Positions 47,271-56,496 of a DNA stretch of 64,000 nt are shown piece after piece. This stretch comes from an uncultured Bacteroidia bacterium (lineage in GTDB: Bacteria > Bacteroidota > Bacteroidia > Bacteroidales > UBA932), in contig CADASN010000001.1 in NCBI GenBank assembly GCA_902790635.1, positions 140,515 to 204,514 on the forward strand. The letters are read 5' to 3'. A program made the translations under genes and the position numbers. The first letter of the stretch is position 1. Each line of letters begins with the position of its first letter. The notes beneath the pieces are model-generated. The model made no database searches and was not told the DNA's origin. It saw only the letters and a list, made by a program, of their open reading frames with translations.

Positions 47271-48454
47271 GACTCGGATGGGTTAGATTCTCCGCTTTGC
47301 CCGGCAGGACGGCCGTCCTCCTGCGGAGCGGAGCGACGAAGGATCTGGTCTGTGGCCTGGAAGGCACTCCGGATGGCCAGGCCCGCGCCGGAGCCGAGTT
47401 CCGGCCGGGTGGCGCCCAGCAAGGAGCCGACGGCGTACAGGTTCTCGAATGCCACGCCGTCCCGCAGGGCTCGGAGCCCGGGATCGGTCCGGACGCCGAA
47501 TTTCAGGTAAGGCTGGTCTGCAGCGAAGGCCGCATCGTACCAGGCGTTGCGGTCTTCCGAAGCATCGACATCCAGGCCGAAGACCGGCTCGTAGATGCGG
47601 AAGGGATTGGATCGCAGGCCTTTGGAGAAATAACCGCCGGTGGCGAGGATGAAGTGGCGGGCTTCGAGGTAGTGACTGTCGAGGTTGCGTGTAGCGACGC
47701 TGTGCACGACACCGTCGTGGACATGGGCCTGGATGACCTCATCTCCCGCAAGGTAAGTGCCTCCGAGCACTTCGTAGCGCCGCTTGAGTTGCTGCTGGGT
47801 GCGGATGCCGGGTACGGAAGGGGGGAGGGTGCCCGCGAAGATCACCCGGGCCGGGACGGCCTGGCGGATGCGTCCGGGGACCGTCGTGTCCTGCAGGCCG
47901 AAGACCTGGGGGAGGATGACCGTGTCCTCGTCCTGCAGCAGGACCTTGATCTCGCCGACGACTTTCTCCCACATCCGGTCCATCGTCCGGGCGATCTGCA
48001 CGGAACGCATCTCGCTGGGGCTCATCATCAGCTGAGCCATCTCGGGCAGTTGCAGGAAATGGATGCGGCACTGCGTGCCCTGCTTCTCCAGGCCTTCCGC
48101 CAGGAATGCAGCGAAGAAATCCTGATAGCCCGCGATGCTGACGATCAATGCTTTGCGGGAGAAGGCGGGATCCGGCAGGATGTCCACGTCTTCGAGGGAG
48201 AGCGCGGCCGGACGGAAGGTGCCCATCGGCATCAGGCGTACGCCCGGCTGGTAATGGAGCCGGATGCCGGCTTCCTCGAAAATGCCGGCCAGGCGCGCCG
48301 GGGCTTCTTCGAGCGACTCGAAGCTGCCGGAGAAAAAGTGCAGGGCATTCTGTCCCGTGCTGACGATGGCGCAGTCCTGTCCGGCTTTCTGCAGGCAGAT
48401 GCCCGCCGTCAGTCCGGCCAGGCCGCCGCCGATGATGACGGTATCAAATCTCAT
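47267..48454 (-). CDS. glpB: Anaerobic glycerol-3-phosphate dehydrogenase subunit B
   Basis: IIGGGLAGL, GQNALHFFSGS, TLPPSVPGIR, LATGGYFSKGL. Confidence 0.93.
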   Translation of the reverse strand: MRFDTVIIGGGLAGLTAGICLQKAGQDCAIVSTGQNALHFFSGSFESLEEAPARLAGIFEEAGIRLHYQPGVRLMPMGTFRPAALSLEDVDILPDPAFSRKALIVSIAGYQDFFAAFLAEGLEKQGTQCRIHFLQLPEMAQLMMSPSEMRSVQIARTMDRMWEKVVGEIKVLLQDEDTVILPQVFGLQDTTVPGRIRQAVPARVIFAGTLPPSVPGIRTQQQLKRRYEVLGGTYLAGDEVIQAHVHDGVVHSVATRNLDSHYLEARHFILATGGYFSKGLRSNPFRIYEPVFGLDVDASEDRNAWYDAAFAADQPYLKFGVRTDPGLRALRDGVAFENLYAVGSLLGATRPELGSGAGLAIRSAFQATDQILRRSAPQEDGRPAGQSGESNPSES

Positions 48455-50046
48455 AGGCCCAGTACATGTTTATAGATCCATTGGGTGTATTCGGCTTCGC
48501 GGAGCGTGTCGCCCCAACCGATGGGAAGATTGCCTTTCCAGCGCTCCTGCAGGAAGTCGCGCAGGTCGGCGCGCTCGCGTTCGATGCAACCGTGCGCGCG
48601 TGCCAGCAGGCCGGCGGCGCGGCAGGCGCAGAACTCGCCCTGGCAGGTCCCCATGCCGATACGTGTGCGGCGGCGCAGGTCCGTCAGAGTGGAGACTTCC
48701 ATCCTTTCGATGGCATTCTTGACTTCGCCGACGGAGACTTCCTCACATTCGCAGACCAGCGCGGCGTCTTCGCGTCCGGCGTCGCGGATGACTTCCGCCC
48801 GCGTGCCCATGCGGGCCGCGGCTGCTTTCTGCGCCATGGAAGGCGCTTCCCAGATCTTGCGGGCCACTGCTTCGTAGGAGCGCTCCTCGGAGCCCGGAAG
48901 CGGTTTGTCCGCCGTCTCGCAGGCGCGCGTGACGGAGAGCTTCCGGCAGACGGCGTCCGTGGCGATCTCGGCCATCAGGCGGTAAGTCATCAGTTTGCCT
49001 CCGGTGATGGTGATCAGCCCCTTGAGTCCGTCGCGGGTCTCATGGTCCAGGCAGACAATGCCCCGGGAGATGTTGCGGCCGGACGGGTCGTTGTCCGCAC
49101 TGACCAGCGGACGTACGCCCGCGTAGGCGCGCAGGATACGTGTAGTAGAGAGGGCAGGCGCCAGTTTGGAGCCTTCGGTGATGAGCAGGTTGACTTCGTC
49201 CGGGGTTACGGTCACTTCGTCGCACGCTTCAAAGGGGATGCGGGTGGACGTGGTGCCGATGATGCAGACCGTGTCTCCCGGCACGAGGATGTCGGCATTC
49301 GCAGGCTTGCGGCAGCGGTTGATCACCATCTGGTTGATGCGGTGCGCGAAGACGAGCAGTGCTCCCTTGGACGGGAACATCCCGATATCCACGCCGGCAA
49401 GCCCTGCGATACGATGCCCCCAGATGCCTCCGGCGTTGACCGTGACGGGGGCGTAGAAATCCTCTTCCTGCCCGGTCTGGAGGTTCCGGGTATGCACGCC
49501 CAGGATGGTATCCGCTTCGCGGATGAATCCGGTTACCTCCGTGTGCAGGCGGACCTGCCCGCCGTGCTGCTTGGCATCCACCATGTTGGCGGCGCAGAGT
49601 CGGAACGGGTCCACGCTGCCGTCGGGGACCTTCACGGCACCGATGAGTGCCGGATTGACCGACGGCTCCAGACGCCGGGCCTGTTCGGGGTCGATGATCT
49701 CGGCACCGATGCCTGCCCGGCGGCAGGCGTCAACGAAGGTCTTCTGATAGCCCAGGTCGTCATCCGGCAAGGTGATGAACAGACCCTCCGTCTCCTCGAC
49801 ACAGTGCGCGGCGATGCGGCGCAGGATCCGGTTCTCCCGGATGCATTCTTCGGCCGACTCCGGATCGTTTACGGCATAGCGGGCACCCGAGTGCAGCAGG
49901 CCGTGGTTGCGTCCGGTGGCGCCGTCCGCGATGTCGGAACGCTCGATCAGGAGTGTCCGCAGGCCGCGCATGGCGCAATCCCGCTGCGTACCTGCACCGG
50001 TGATGCCTCCGCCGATGATGATGACATCGAATTCTTTTTCGTGCAT
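48451..50046 (-). CDS. glpA: Anaerobic glycerol-3-phosphate dehydrogenase subunit A
   Basis: IGGGITG, GATGRNHGLLHSGARY, ITGGKLMTYRLMAE, C-terminal CECE...GMGTCQGEFC. Confidence 0.97.
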   Translation of the reverse strand: MHEKEFDVIIIGGGITGAGTQRDCAMRGLRTLLIERSDIADGATGRNHGLLHSGARYAVNDPESAEECIRENRILRRIAAHCVEETEGLFITLPDDDLGYQKTFVDACRRAGIGAEIIDPEQARRLEPSVNPALIGAVKVPDGSVDPFRLCAANMVDAKQHGGQVRLHTEVTGFIREADTILGVHTRNLQTGQEEDFYAPVTVNAGGIWGHRIAGLAGVDIGMFPSKGALLVFAHRINQMVINRCRKPANADILVPGDTVCIIGTTSTRIPFEACDEVTVTPDEVNLLITEGSKLAPALSTTRILRAYAGVRPLVSADNDPSGRNISRGIVCLDHETRDGLKGLITITGGKLMTYRLMAEIATDAVCRKLSVTRACETADKPLPGSEERSYEAVARKIWEAPSMAQKAAAARMGTRAEVIRDAGREDAALVCECEEVSVGEVKNAIERMEVSTLTDLRRRTRIGMGTCQGEFCACRAAGLLARAHGCIERERADLRDFLQERWKGNLPIGWGDTLREAEYTQWIYKHVLGL

Positions 50047-50071
50047 AAGGAATGTGGTTGTCTCTATTCTG

Positions 50072-50100
50072 CAAATTTAACAAAAACTTCGCTATCTTTG
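50072..50100. promoter_or_regulatory. Back-to-back -7 elements for glpA (minus) and the hydrolase gene (plus)
   Basis: TAAATTTG (50072-50079 minus) and TATCTTTG (50093-50100 plus). Confidence 0.65.
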
Positions 50101-50132
50101 TAGTCGAAAATAACCACATAATTGGGTCAATA

Positions 50133-51107
50133 ATGAAAACCATCCTGAAATTTGCAGCAATTGCTCTCTCTATGGTCTCCCTGAGCGGATGCCTTGCCGG
50201 AAAATACATGTCCAACTACGCCCTCAAGCCTGAGGTCCACGGTGTCGCAGATATCGAGCGCACGCGCCACAAGGCGGATTCGCTCATGCCCGGGAGCACC
50301 AAGTGGTATGACGAACTCAAGGCGGAAGGCGTGCTGAAGGATACGACCATCGTGGGATACCGCGACTTCAAGGTCCATGCCTGCTACGTGCCTGCCAAGG
50401 ATCCGGACCATGCCCAGGGAACGGCCATCGTCGTACACGGCTATGGCGACAACCATCTCGTGTTCCTGTATCTGGTCCGGATGTACCGTGACGATTTCAA
50501 CTACAATGTCCTGTTCCCGGATCTCCAGTATCACGGCTATTCCGAGGGCGACCACATCCAGATGGGCTGGAACGACCGCTATGACATCGAGAAGTGGATC
50601 CCCGTGGCGCATGACATTTTCGAGGATGATTTCATGGTCCTGCACGGCGTGTCGATGGGGGCTGCCACGGTGATGATGACCAGCGGCGACGAGCTTCCTG
50701 AATATGTCCGTTGCTTCGTGGAGGACTGCGGCTACAGCTCAGCCTGGGACCAGTTCGCTTTCAATCTCAAGGACAGCTTCCATCTTCCTGCTTTCCCCGT
50801 GCTGAACAGTGCCAGCATCGTAAGCAAGAAACGCTACGGCTGGAAATTCAAAGAAGCGTCTTCTGTCGACCAGCTCGCCAAATGCGAACTCCCGATGCTC
50901 TTCATCCACGGCGACGCCGACGATTTTGTACCCTTCTCGCACCTGCAGAAGAACTACGATGCCAAGGTCAAGGGCTATAAGGAAATGTGGGTGGCCGAAG
51001 GCGCCGTCCACGCCAATGCCTACGCCAAGCACCCGGAGGAGTACAAGCAGCATGTCCGCGACTTCCTCAAGCGGGTCAAGGAGATGTTGAAAGAATCTGA
51101 GGATTAA
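50133..51107 (+). CDS. Alpha/beta hydrolase lipoprotein (YqkD-like)
   Basis: LSGC lipobox, VVHGY, HGYSEG, GVSMG nucleophile, IHGDADDFVP, catalytic His in GAVH. Confidence 0.9.
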   Translation: MKTILKFAAIALSMVSLSGCLAGKYMSNYALKPEVHGVADIERTRHKADSLMPGSTKWYDELKAEGVLKDTTIVGYRDFKVHACYVPAKDPDHAQGTAIVVHGYGDNHLVFLYLVRMYRDDFNYNVLFPDLQYHGYSEGDHIQMGWNDRYDIEKWIPVAHDIFEDDFMVLHGVSMGAATVMMTSGDELPEYVRCFVEDCGYSSAWDQFAFNLKDSFHLPAFPVLNSASIVSKKRYGWKFKEASSVDQLAKCELPMLFIHGDADDFVPFSHLQKNYDAKVKGYKEMWVAEGAVHANAYAKHPEEYKQHVRDFLKRVKEMLKESED

Positions 51108-51111
51108 CTCC

Positions 51112-52608
51112 TTACAACTCTTCTTCCACGCTGGTCTGGGGATCCTTGATCTTCCGGACCGGGTCGCAGGTCACTTCGATGCCCAGCTTCTTGAAGGTCT
51201 TGCGGTCCACCTCGCTCAGCATCACGGTTGAATGGACCTGCGCCCCCTTGAGGCGGGGCAGCTGGTCCAGGGCGAGTTTGCAGTTCTCGTCCAGCAGGCT
51301 CATCATGGAGATGGTGACCAGCACCTCGTCGGTGTGCAGGCGCGGATTGTGCCCGTGCAGGTAGGTCACTTTCGTTTTCTGGATCGGGGCGATCATCGTC
51401 TGGGGGATGAGTTTGACATTGTGGGCGATGCCCGCCAGGTATTTCAGGGCGTTGAGCAGCAGGGCGGCACTGGGACCGAGCAGGGGAGAGGTCTCGGCGG
51501 TGAGGATGGTGCCGTCCTCGAGTTCGATCGCCGCCGTGGCGCCGCCGGATTTCTCGAGGCGCTCCCGGGCGGCTACGGTGGTCTTCCGGTCGGCCGTGGT
51601 GATCTTCGCCTTCTTCATCAGGAGGGCAATCTTGTTCACCTCGCCCTCGTCGGCCTTGCCGTCGGCGAATTTGCACAGGGCCGTATAGTAGCGCCGGATG
51701 ATCTCCTGCAGGGCGGCTTTGCAGCAGACTTCGTCGTCGCAGATGCAGGAACCGATCATATTGACCCCCATGTCGGTCGGGGACTTGTAGGGGGAATAGC
51801 CGTAAATGTCGTCGAAGAGGGCGTTCATCACCGGGAAGATCTCGACGTCACGGTTGTAATTGACGGCCATCTGGCCGTAAGCCTCCAGGTGGAAGGGGTC
51901 GATCATGTTGACATCCTCCAGGTCGGCCGTGGCGGCTTCGTAGGCGATGTTGACGGGATGGTTCAGCGGCAGGCTCCAGACCGGGAAGGTCTCGAATTTG
52001 GCGTAGCCGGCCTTGATGCCCCGCTTGTTCTCCTGGTAGAGCTGGCTCAGGCAGACGGCCATCTTGCCGCTGCCGGGGCCCGGTGCAGTCACGACGACCA
52101 GCGGGCGGGTGGTCTCGACGTAATCATTTTTCCCGAAACCTTCGTCGGAGTCGATCAGGGCCACATTGTGGGGATATCCTTCGATGGTGTGGTGGAAATA
52201 CACCCGGATGCCCATGCGCTCCAGGCGCTGGCGGTATGCATCCGCGCTGGCCTGGCCGTTGTAGTGGGTGACCACGACGCTGTTGACGCTCAGTCCGCGG
52301 TCCATGAACTCGTCGCGCAGGCGCAGTACGTCCACATCGTAGGTGATGCCCAGGTCGTTGCGGACCTTGTTCTTCTCGATGTCCACGGCGCTGATGACGA
52401 TGACGATCTCGAGATCGTTCTTCAACTGCATGAGCATCTGCAGCTTACTGTCGGGCTCGAATCCCGGGAGAACCCGGCTGGCATGGTAGTCGTCGAAGAG
52501 TTTGCCGCCGAATTCCATATAGAGTTTGTCGCCGAATTCGGCGATGCGTTCCTTGATGTGCTCCGATTGGATTTTGAGATACTTCTCGTTGTCGAACCCG
52601 TATTGCAT
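51112..52608 (-). CDS. DUF1846 (UPF0371) family protein
   Basis: GFDNEKYLKIQSEHI, KLYMEFGGKLFDDYHASRVLPGF, TAPGPGSGK, NPRLHTDE; start trimmed to 52608. Confidence 0.92.
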   Translation of the reverse strand: MQYGFDNEKYLKIQSEHIKERIAEFGDKLYMEFGGKLFDDYHASRVLPGFEPDSKLQMLMQLKNDLEIVIVISAVDIEKNKVRNDLGITYDVDVLRLRDEFMDRGLSVNSVVVTHYNGQASADAYRQRLERMGIRVYFHHTIEGYPHNVALIDSDEGFGKNDYVETTRPLVVVTAPGPGSGKMAVCLSQLYQENKRGIKAGYAKFETFPVWSLPLNHPVNIAYEAATADLEDVNMIDPFHLEAYGQMAVNYNRDVEIFPVMNALFDDIYGYSPYKSPTDMGVNMIGSCICDDEVCCKAALQEIIRRYYTALCKFADGKADEGEVNKIALLMKKAKITTADRKTTVAARERLEKSGGATAAIELEDGTILTAETSPLLGPSAALLLNALKYLAGIAHNVKLIPQTMIAPIQKTKVTYLHGHNPRLHTDEVLVTISMMSLLDENCKLALDQLPRLKGAQVHSTVMLSEVDRKTFKKLGIEVTCDPVRKIKDPQTSVEEEL

Positions 52609-52703
52609 AAGAATCAAATATTTTCGAATACGGGTTACAAAAATACTGCTTTTTGCCGGAATTGTGCAAATCTTTTTTTTGCTTTTTTTGCGAAAGCAAT
52701 CCT

Positions 52704-53462
52704 TTACGGTCGCTGGGGCGACCGGAGCGAATCCGGGCACGCAGCATGGTCGATGGCTTTCAGGACAGCCAGTTCCTGGCGGGCTTTGTCCATCTGCTCC
52801 CGGAAAGCCGGGCTGGTATGCAGCAGGGTGTAGCCGATGCTGGCGGCCGGGCGGCTGGCATCGACGTCGCTCTGCCAGTGGGCGCCCACGATCACACGGC
52901 TCTCGCCGTAGTCCCATCCGCGGGCGAAAAGCTCATTGGCGGCCTCGGGATTGATCTCTGCCAGGATGAGGGCGGCGCTCCAGCCCTGGATGGTGTGGCC
53001 GGAGGGATAGGAACCCTCGCCGCGCAAGTCATCTTCCTCCCAGCGGGTGTACATGTGCTCCTGGAAGCGGTCAAAGGGTCGCTTGCGCATGAAATGGGCC
53101 TTCGGACGGATGCGGATGAGTCCGATCGTATATACGCCGTTCACGAAGGCCTTGTAGATCTCGGGAGTCGTCTCCTTGCTGATCTTCCTGCCGAAAGGCG
53201 TGCTGAAGATGGCGGCCAGGGTATCCAGGTTCCAGATGGCGTCGCGTTCGGCGATGGCAGCACGCAGGGAGTCGGCCCGCATCTCCTTGCCCCACATGTA
53301 GCGCATCACGTCATGTACGAAATCCAGGCTGGTGGTGTCCGGGGGCGCCGGGAGGCACTTGACCAGGTCGGGCATGTCATCGATGGTGAAATAAGCTTCC
53401 TGCGCCCGGGCCGCGGACAGGCTGAGGGTGAGGAATGAAAGGAAGATCAGGATTCTTTTCAT
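52704..53462 (-). CDS. Secreted class A acid phosphatase (PAP2 family)
   Basis: Signal peptide, KAHFMRKRP, SYPSGH, SRVIVGAHWQSD. Confidence 0.93.
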   Translation of the reverse strand: MKRILIFLSFLTLSLSAARAQEAYFTIDDMPDLVKCLPAPPDTTSLDFVHDVMRYMWGKEMRADSLRAAIAERDAIWNLDTLAAIFSTPFGRKISKETTPEIYKAFVNGVYTIGLIRIRPKAHFMRKRPFDRFQEHMYTRWEEDDLRGEGSYPSGHTIQGWSAALILAEINPEAANELFARGWDYGESRVIVGAHWQSDVDASRPAASIGYTLLHTSPAFREQMDKARQELAVLKAIDHAACPDSLRSPQRP

Positions 53463-53492
53463 GATAGGTAATGTCTCAAATAATCAAATGGA

Positions 53493-54617
53493 TCACCGAC
53501 TGCCGAGGAAGGCGGTGAACAAGGGAACGACATCCGTCTTGCGACCCAGCCGGTGTCCGCTGTAGCAGATGCCTTCGCGCAGACTCTGGCCGGCGGCCAG
53601 TTCGGCCATCTGCCGGGCGCCTTCGCCGCAGTACAGGATATACGTGCCTTCCGCAACGACCTTTCCCGAGGCGGGGTCGGGGCTGGGTGCGTAGCGTGTA
53701 GCCATCAGGAAAAGCCGCTCACGTCCTTTCCGGGCCATGACTTCGGGCATGACGGCCAGCATGCGGTCGAGGAATGGCTCCATGTGGGCGTAGTCGATCC
53801 ACTCCACGCAGCCGATGCCGACGGCCGTCCCGGACATTTCGTAGTCCTTGTAGTCCGAGACGAAGATCTCGTAATCGCTCATCCCGTCGTAATTGGTGAG
53901 CGCGTCCACCATGCCTTTCCGGATCCCGGCCACACGTTCGGGACTCAGGTTAAGCTGAGCGGTGAGCGCCTGCCAGGCAAGCGAATCCGCGCGCGTGGTA
54001 TTGGACTTGGCCAGGTTGTCCGTGTCGCTCAACAGGCCGGCGAGCAGGATCCGGGCAGTCAGGTCGTCGACCGGTACCGCCGCTTCCTGGAAAAGTTCCC
54101 AGACGACGGTGCAGGTGGCACCGACCGTCTCCCGGCGGATAAAGGCCACGTCGGCGGATGCCATGTCGTCTTCCATGTGATGATCGATGATCTGCAGGAT
54201 CCGGCCTTGCCGGGCTCCGTCCACACCCTGGCTGTATTCTTCGTGGTCGGTGGCGATGAGCCGCGTGCCGGGGGCAACGGATGATTTCACGGCAGGCAGC
54301 TTGAAGTCGAACACGCCGCTGATATAGCGGGTCTCGTTGTTCGAGGGACTGCTCAGTTTGGCCACGCAGTTGTAGCCGAGGCTTCGCATCAGCTGTGCAT
54401 AGGCGAGCGACGAGCAGGCGGCATCGGCATCGGGCGTCTTGTGTCCATATACATAGCAGGTGTCCGTGCCCCAGTCCATTGCTGCGAGCGTCTTCCGGAA
54501 AGCATTGCCCCTCGTATTGTGTACGGCAATCGTGCCGCAGGAGGCCAGCAGGAAGACGGCCAGGAACAAGGAGACAAGACGGCTGGAGAAGCCGGGGTGC
54601 GGGTAATTGTACTTCAT
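53493..54617 (-). CDS. DHH/DHHA2 family II inorganic pyrophosphatase-like protein with lipoprotein signal
   Basis: GHKTPDAD, TDHEE, IIDHH, LLSDT, DYKDY, RKTDVVP; LFLAVFLLASC lipobox. Confidence 0.82.
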   Translation of the reverse strand: MKYNYPHPGFSSRLVSLFLAVFLLASCGTIAVHNTRGNAFRKTLAAMDWGTDTCYVYGHKTPDADAACSSLAYAQLMRSLGYNCVAKLSSPSNNETRYISGVFDFKLPAVKSSVAPGTRLIATDHEEYSQGVDGARQGRILQIIDHHMEDDMASADVAFIRRETVGATCTVVWELFQEAAVPVDDLTARILLAGLLSDTDNLAKSNTTRADSLAWQALTAQLNLSPERVAGIRKGMVDALTNYDGMSDYEIFVSDYKDYEMSGTAVGIGCVEWIDYAHMEPFLDRMLAVMPEVMARKGRERLFLMATRYAPSPDPASGKVVAEGTYILYCGEGARQMAELAAGQSLREGICYSGHRLGRKTDVVPLFTAFLGSR

Positions 54618-54627
54618 GTTTTTCAGT

Positions 54628-55095
54628 TTATTGCGAACGGGATTCCTGTTCTTTGCTGTTGCCCAGCTTCGCGATGATGTCATCCAGCATATTGAAAAGA
54701 GCAGGGAAACTTTCGGGGGTGATGCTGTCGCAAAGGACGGCGCTGCCTACGGCAAAAGGGACTTCGGACAGTCTTTTCTGGAGATCCCGGCCTTTCCGGG
54801 TCAGGGAGACGATCATCTGCCGGGCGTCTTTTTCCCCTTTTGTGCGGGTAATGACACCTTCTTTCTCCATCCGCTGGAGAAGGGGAGTGACCGTGTTCGT
54901 TTCCAGGAAGAGGTGCTTGGCGATGTCATTCACCGGCTGCGCGTCCTTCTCCCACAGGACCAGCAGCACGAGGTACTGCGGGTAGGTCAAGCCATGCTCG
55001 GAGAGCAATGGATGATAGACCTGCGTGAGAAGGCGCGAAGCGGTGTAGAGCCTGAAACAGAGCTGGTTTTTCAGTCTGAATTCTTCCCGGATCAT
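54628..55095 (-). CDS. ohrR: MarR family regulator, OhrR-like
   Basis: LKNQLCFRLY with the conserved Cys, LTYPQYLVLLVLWE, TVTPLLQRME. Confidence 0.88.
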   Translation of the reverse strand: MIREEFRLKNQLCFRLYTASRLLTQVYHPLLSEHGLTYPQYLVLLVLWEKDAQPVNDIAKHLFLETNTVTPLLQRMEKEGVITRTKGEKDARQMIVSLTRKGRDLQKRLSEVPFAVGSAVLCDSITPESFPALFNMLDDIIAKLGNSKEQESRSQ

Positions 55096-55634
55096 AACAT
55101 TCCCTGAATGTCTTTCTCCATCTCAGCCGGTGTGATGACGGGGGCATAGCGCTTGATGACGCTGCCGTCGCGGCTGACCAGGAACTTGGTGAAGTTCCAG
55201 AGGATATCGCTGTCCTTCTCGACGCTCTTGCTGATTCCCTTGAGCATGGCATGGGTAGCCTTGGCCTTGAGACCTTTGTACTCCTCGGAAGGAGCCTGCG
55301 ACTTGAGGTACTCGAAAATGGGTTCGGCCTTTGCGCCGTTGACATCGGTCTTCGCCATCAGCGGGAAGGTCACGCCATGGTTGATACGGCAGAATTCGGC
55401 GATCTCGTCGTTGCTGCCCGGCTCCTGGCCGGCGAACTGGTCGCAGGGGAAACCGACGATGACGAATCCCTGGTCCTTGTATTTCTGATACAGGGCCTCC
55501 AGGCCGTCGTATTGGGGAGTGAAGCCGCATTTGGAAGCGGTGTTGACAATCATCAGGACTTTGCCTTCAAACTGTGCGAAATCTACTTCTGCGCCCTTGT
55601 TGCTGAGGGTCTTGAATTCATGAATCTTTGCCAT
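55092..55634 (-). CDS. Glutathione peroxidase family protein (Cys type)
   Basis: VNTASKCGFTPQY, GFPCDQF..QEPG, WNFTKFLV. Confidence 0.96.
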   Translation of the reverse strand: MAKIHEFKTLSNKGAEVDFAQFEGKVLMIVNTASKCGFTPQYDGLEALYQKYKDQGFVIVGFPCDQFAGQEPGSNDEIAEFCRINHGVTFPLMAKTDVNGAKAEPIFEYLKSQAPSEEYKGLKAKATHAMLKGISKSVEKDSDILWNFTKFLVSRDGSVIKRYAPVITPAEMEKDIQGML

Positions 55635-55661
55635 AATCTTTTGCTTTTATCTTGTATTTAT

Positions 55662-55710
55662 ATCGTTCACGATGCAAATATACGACTTTATTTTTGTATC
55701 GCAAGCGATA
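55662..55710. promoter_or_regulatory. gpx-ohrR promoter (-7 TATATTTG minus, 55675-55682) flanked by two ATCG-N4-CGAT palindromes
   Basis: atcgttcacgat (55662-55673) and tatcgcaagcgata (55697-55710). Confidence 0.6.
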
Positions 55711-55801
55711 TTTTGAGAAAAATGCAAAAAAAGTATTAGAAACGAAGGTTTGACCGGCAAAGATAACACAAAAAAAACTGTATATTTGTTTCCGGACAGC
55801 C

Positions 55802-56482
55802 ATGGATATAAAACATTTTTACATCGAGCAGGGCCGGGGAGAGCCATTGATCCTGCTCCACGGCAACGGAGAGGACAGTAGCTATTTCGCGCATCAGATG
55901 GAGCCGTTCGCAGCCCATTTCCGGGTCATCGCCGTCGATACGCGCGGACACGGGCGGACGCCCCGGGGCGAAGCGACTTTTACCATCCGCCAGTTCGCGG
56001 AGGACCTGCTTGCGTTCATGGACCTGCATGGCATCGCGAAAGCGCATCTTCTGGGCTTCTCGGACGGCGGGAACATTGCCATGGTTTTCGCCATGGCTCA
56101 TCCGGAGCGGGTGGGGAAACTGATTCTCGACGGCGCCAACCTGGATGCGTCCGGGGTGAAGCGGAGCGTACAAATCCCCATCGAGATCGGCTATCGTTTC
56201 GCGAAATTCTTTGCCGGGAAGAGTCCGGAAGCACGGAAAAATGCCGAGATGCTGGGCCTGATGGTCAACGACCCGGACGTGCGGCCGGATGAGTTGAGCC
56301 GGATCCAGGCCCCCACGCTCGTCATCGCCGGAGACAAGGATATGATCAAGGCATCCCACACCCGCCTGATCGCCTCGCGCATCCCCGGTGCGCAACTGAC
56401 AATCCTCCCCGGCGATCACTTCATCGCAAACAAAAAGCCCGGGGTCTTCAATGAAGCCGTGCTTCCCTTTCTGTTACAATAA
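55802..56482 (+). CDS. Alpha/beta fold hydrolase
   Basis: LLHGNG, DTRGHGRT, GFSDGG, PTLVIAGDKD, GDH. Confidence 0.92.
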   Translation: MDIKHFYIEQGRGEPLILLHGNGEDSSYFAHQMEPFAAHFRVIAVDTRGHGRTPRGEATFTIRQFAEDLLAFMDLHGIAKAHLLGFSDGGNIAMVFAMAHPERVGKLILDGANLDASGVKRSVQIPIEIGYRFAKFFAGKSPEARKNAEMLGLMVNDPDVRPDELSRIQAPTLVIAGDKDMIKASHTRLIASRIPGAQLTILPGDHFIANKKPGVFNEAVLPFLLQ

Positions 56483-56496
56483 AACGAGTTCCCCCT

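Noticed and set aside
52609-52917. Apparent N-terminal extension of DUF1846 (likewise the 9486-9731 extension of DUF3810 and 7534-7647 of the OMP)
   Set aside because: Extensions overlap neighbouring genes, promoters or the tRNA; family homology begins at the downstream ATG
55092-55634. Possible selenocysteine recoding in glutathione peroxidase
   Set aside because: Active-site codon is TGC (Cys); no in-frame TGA
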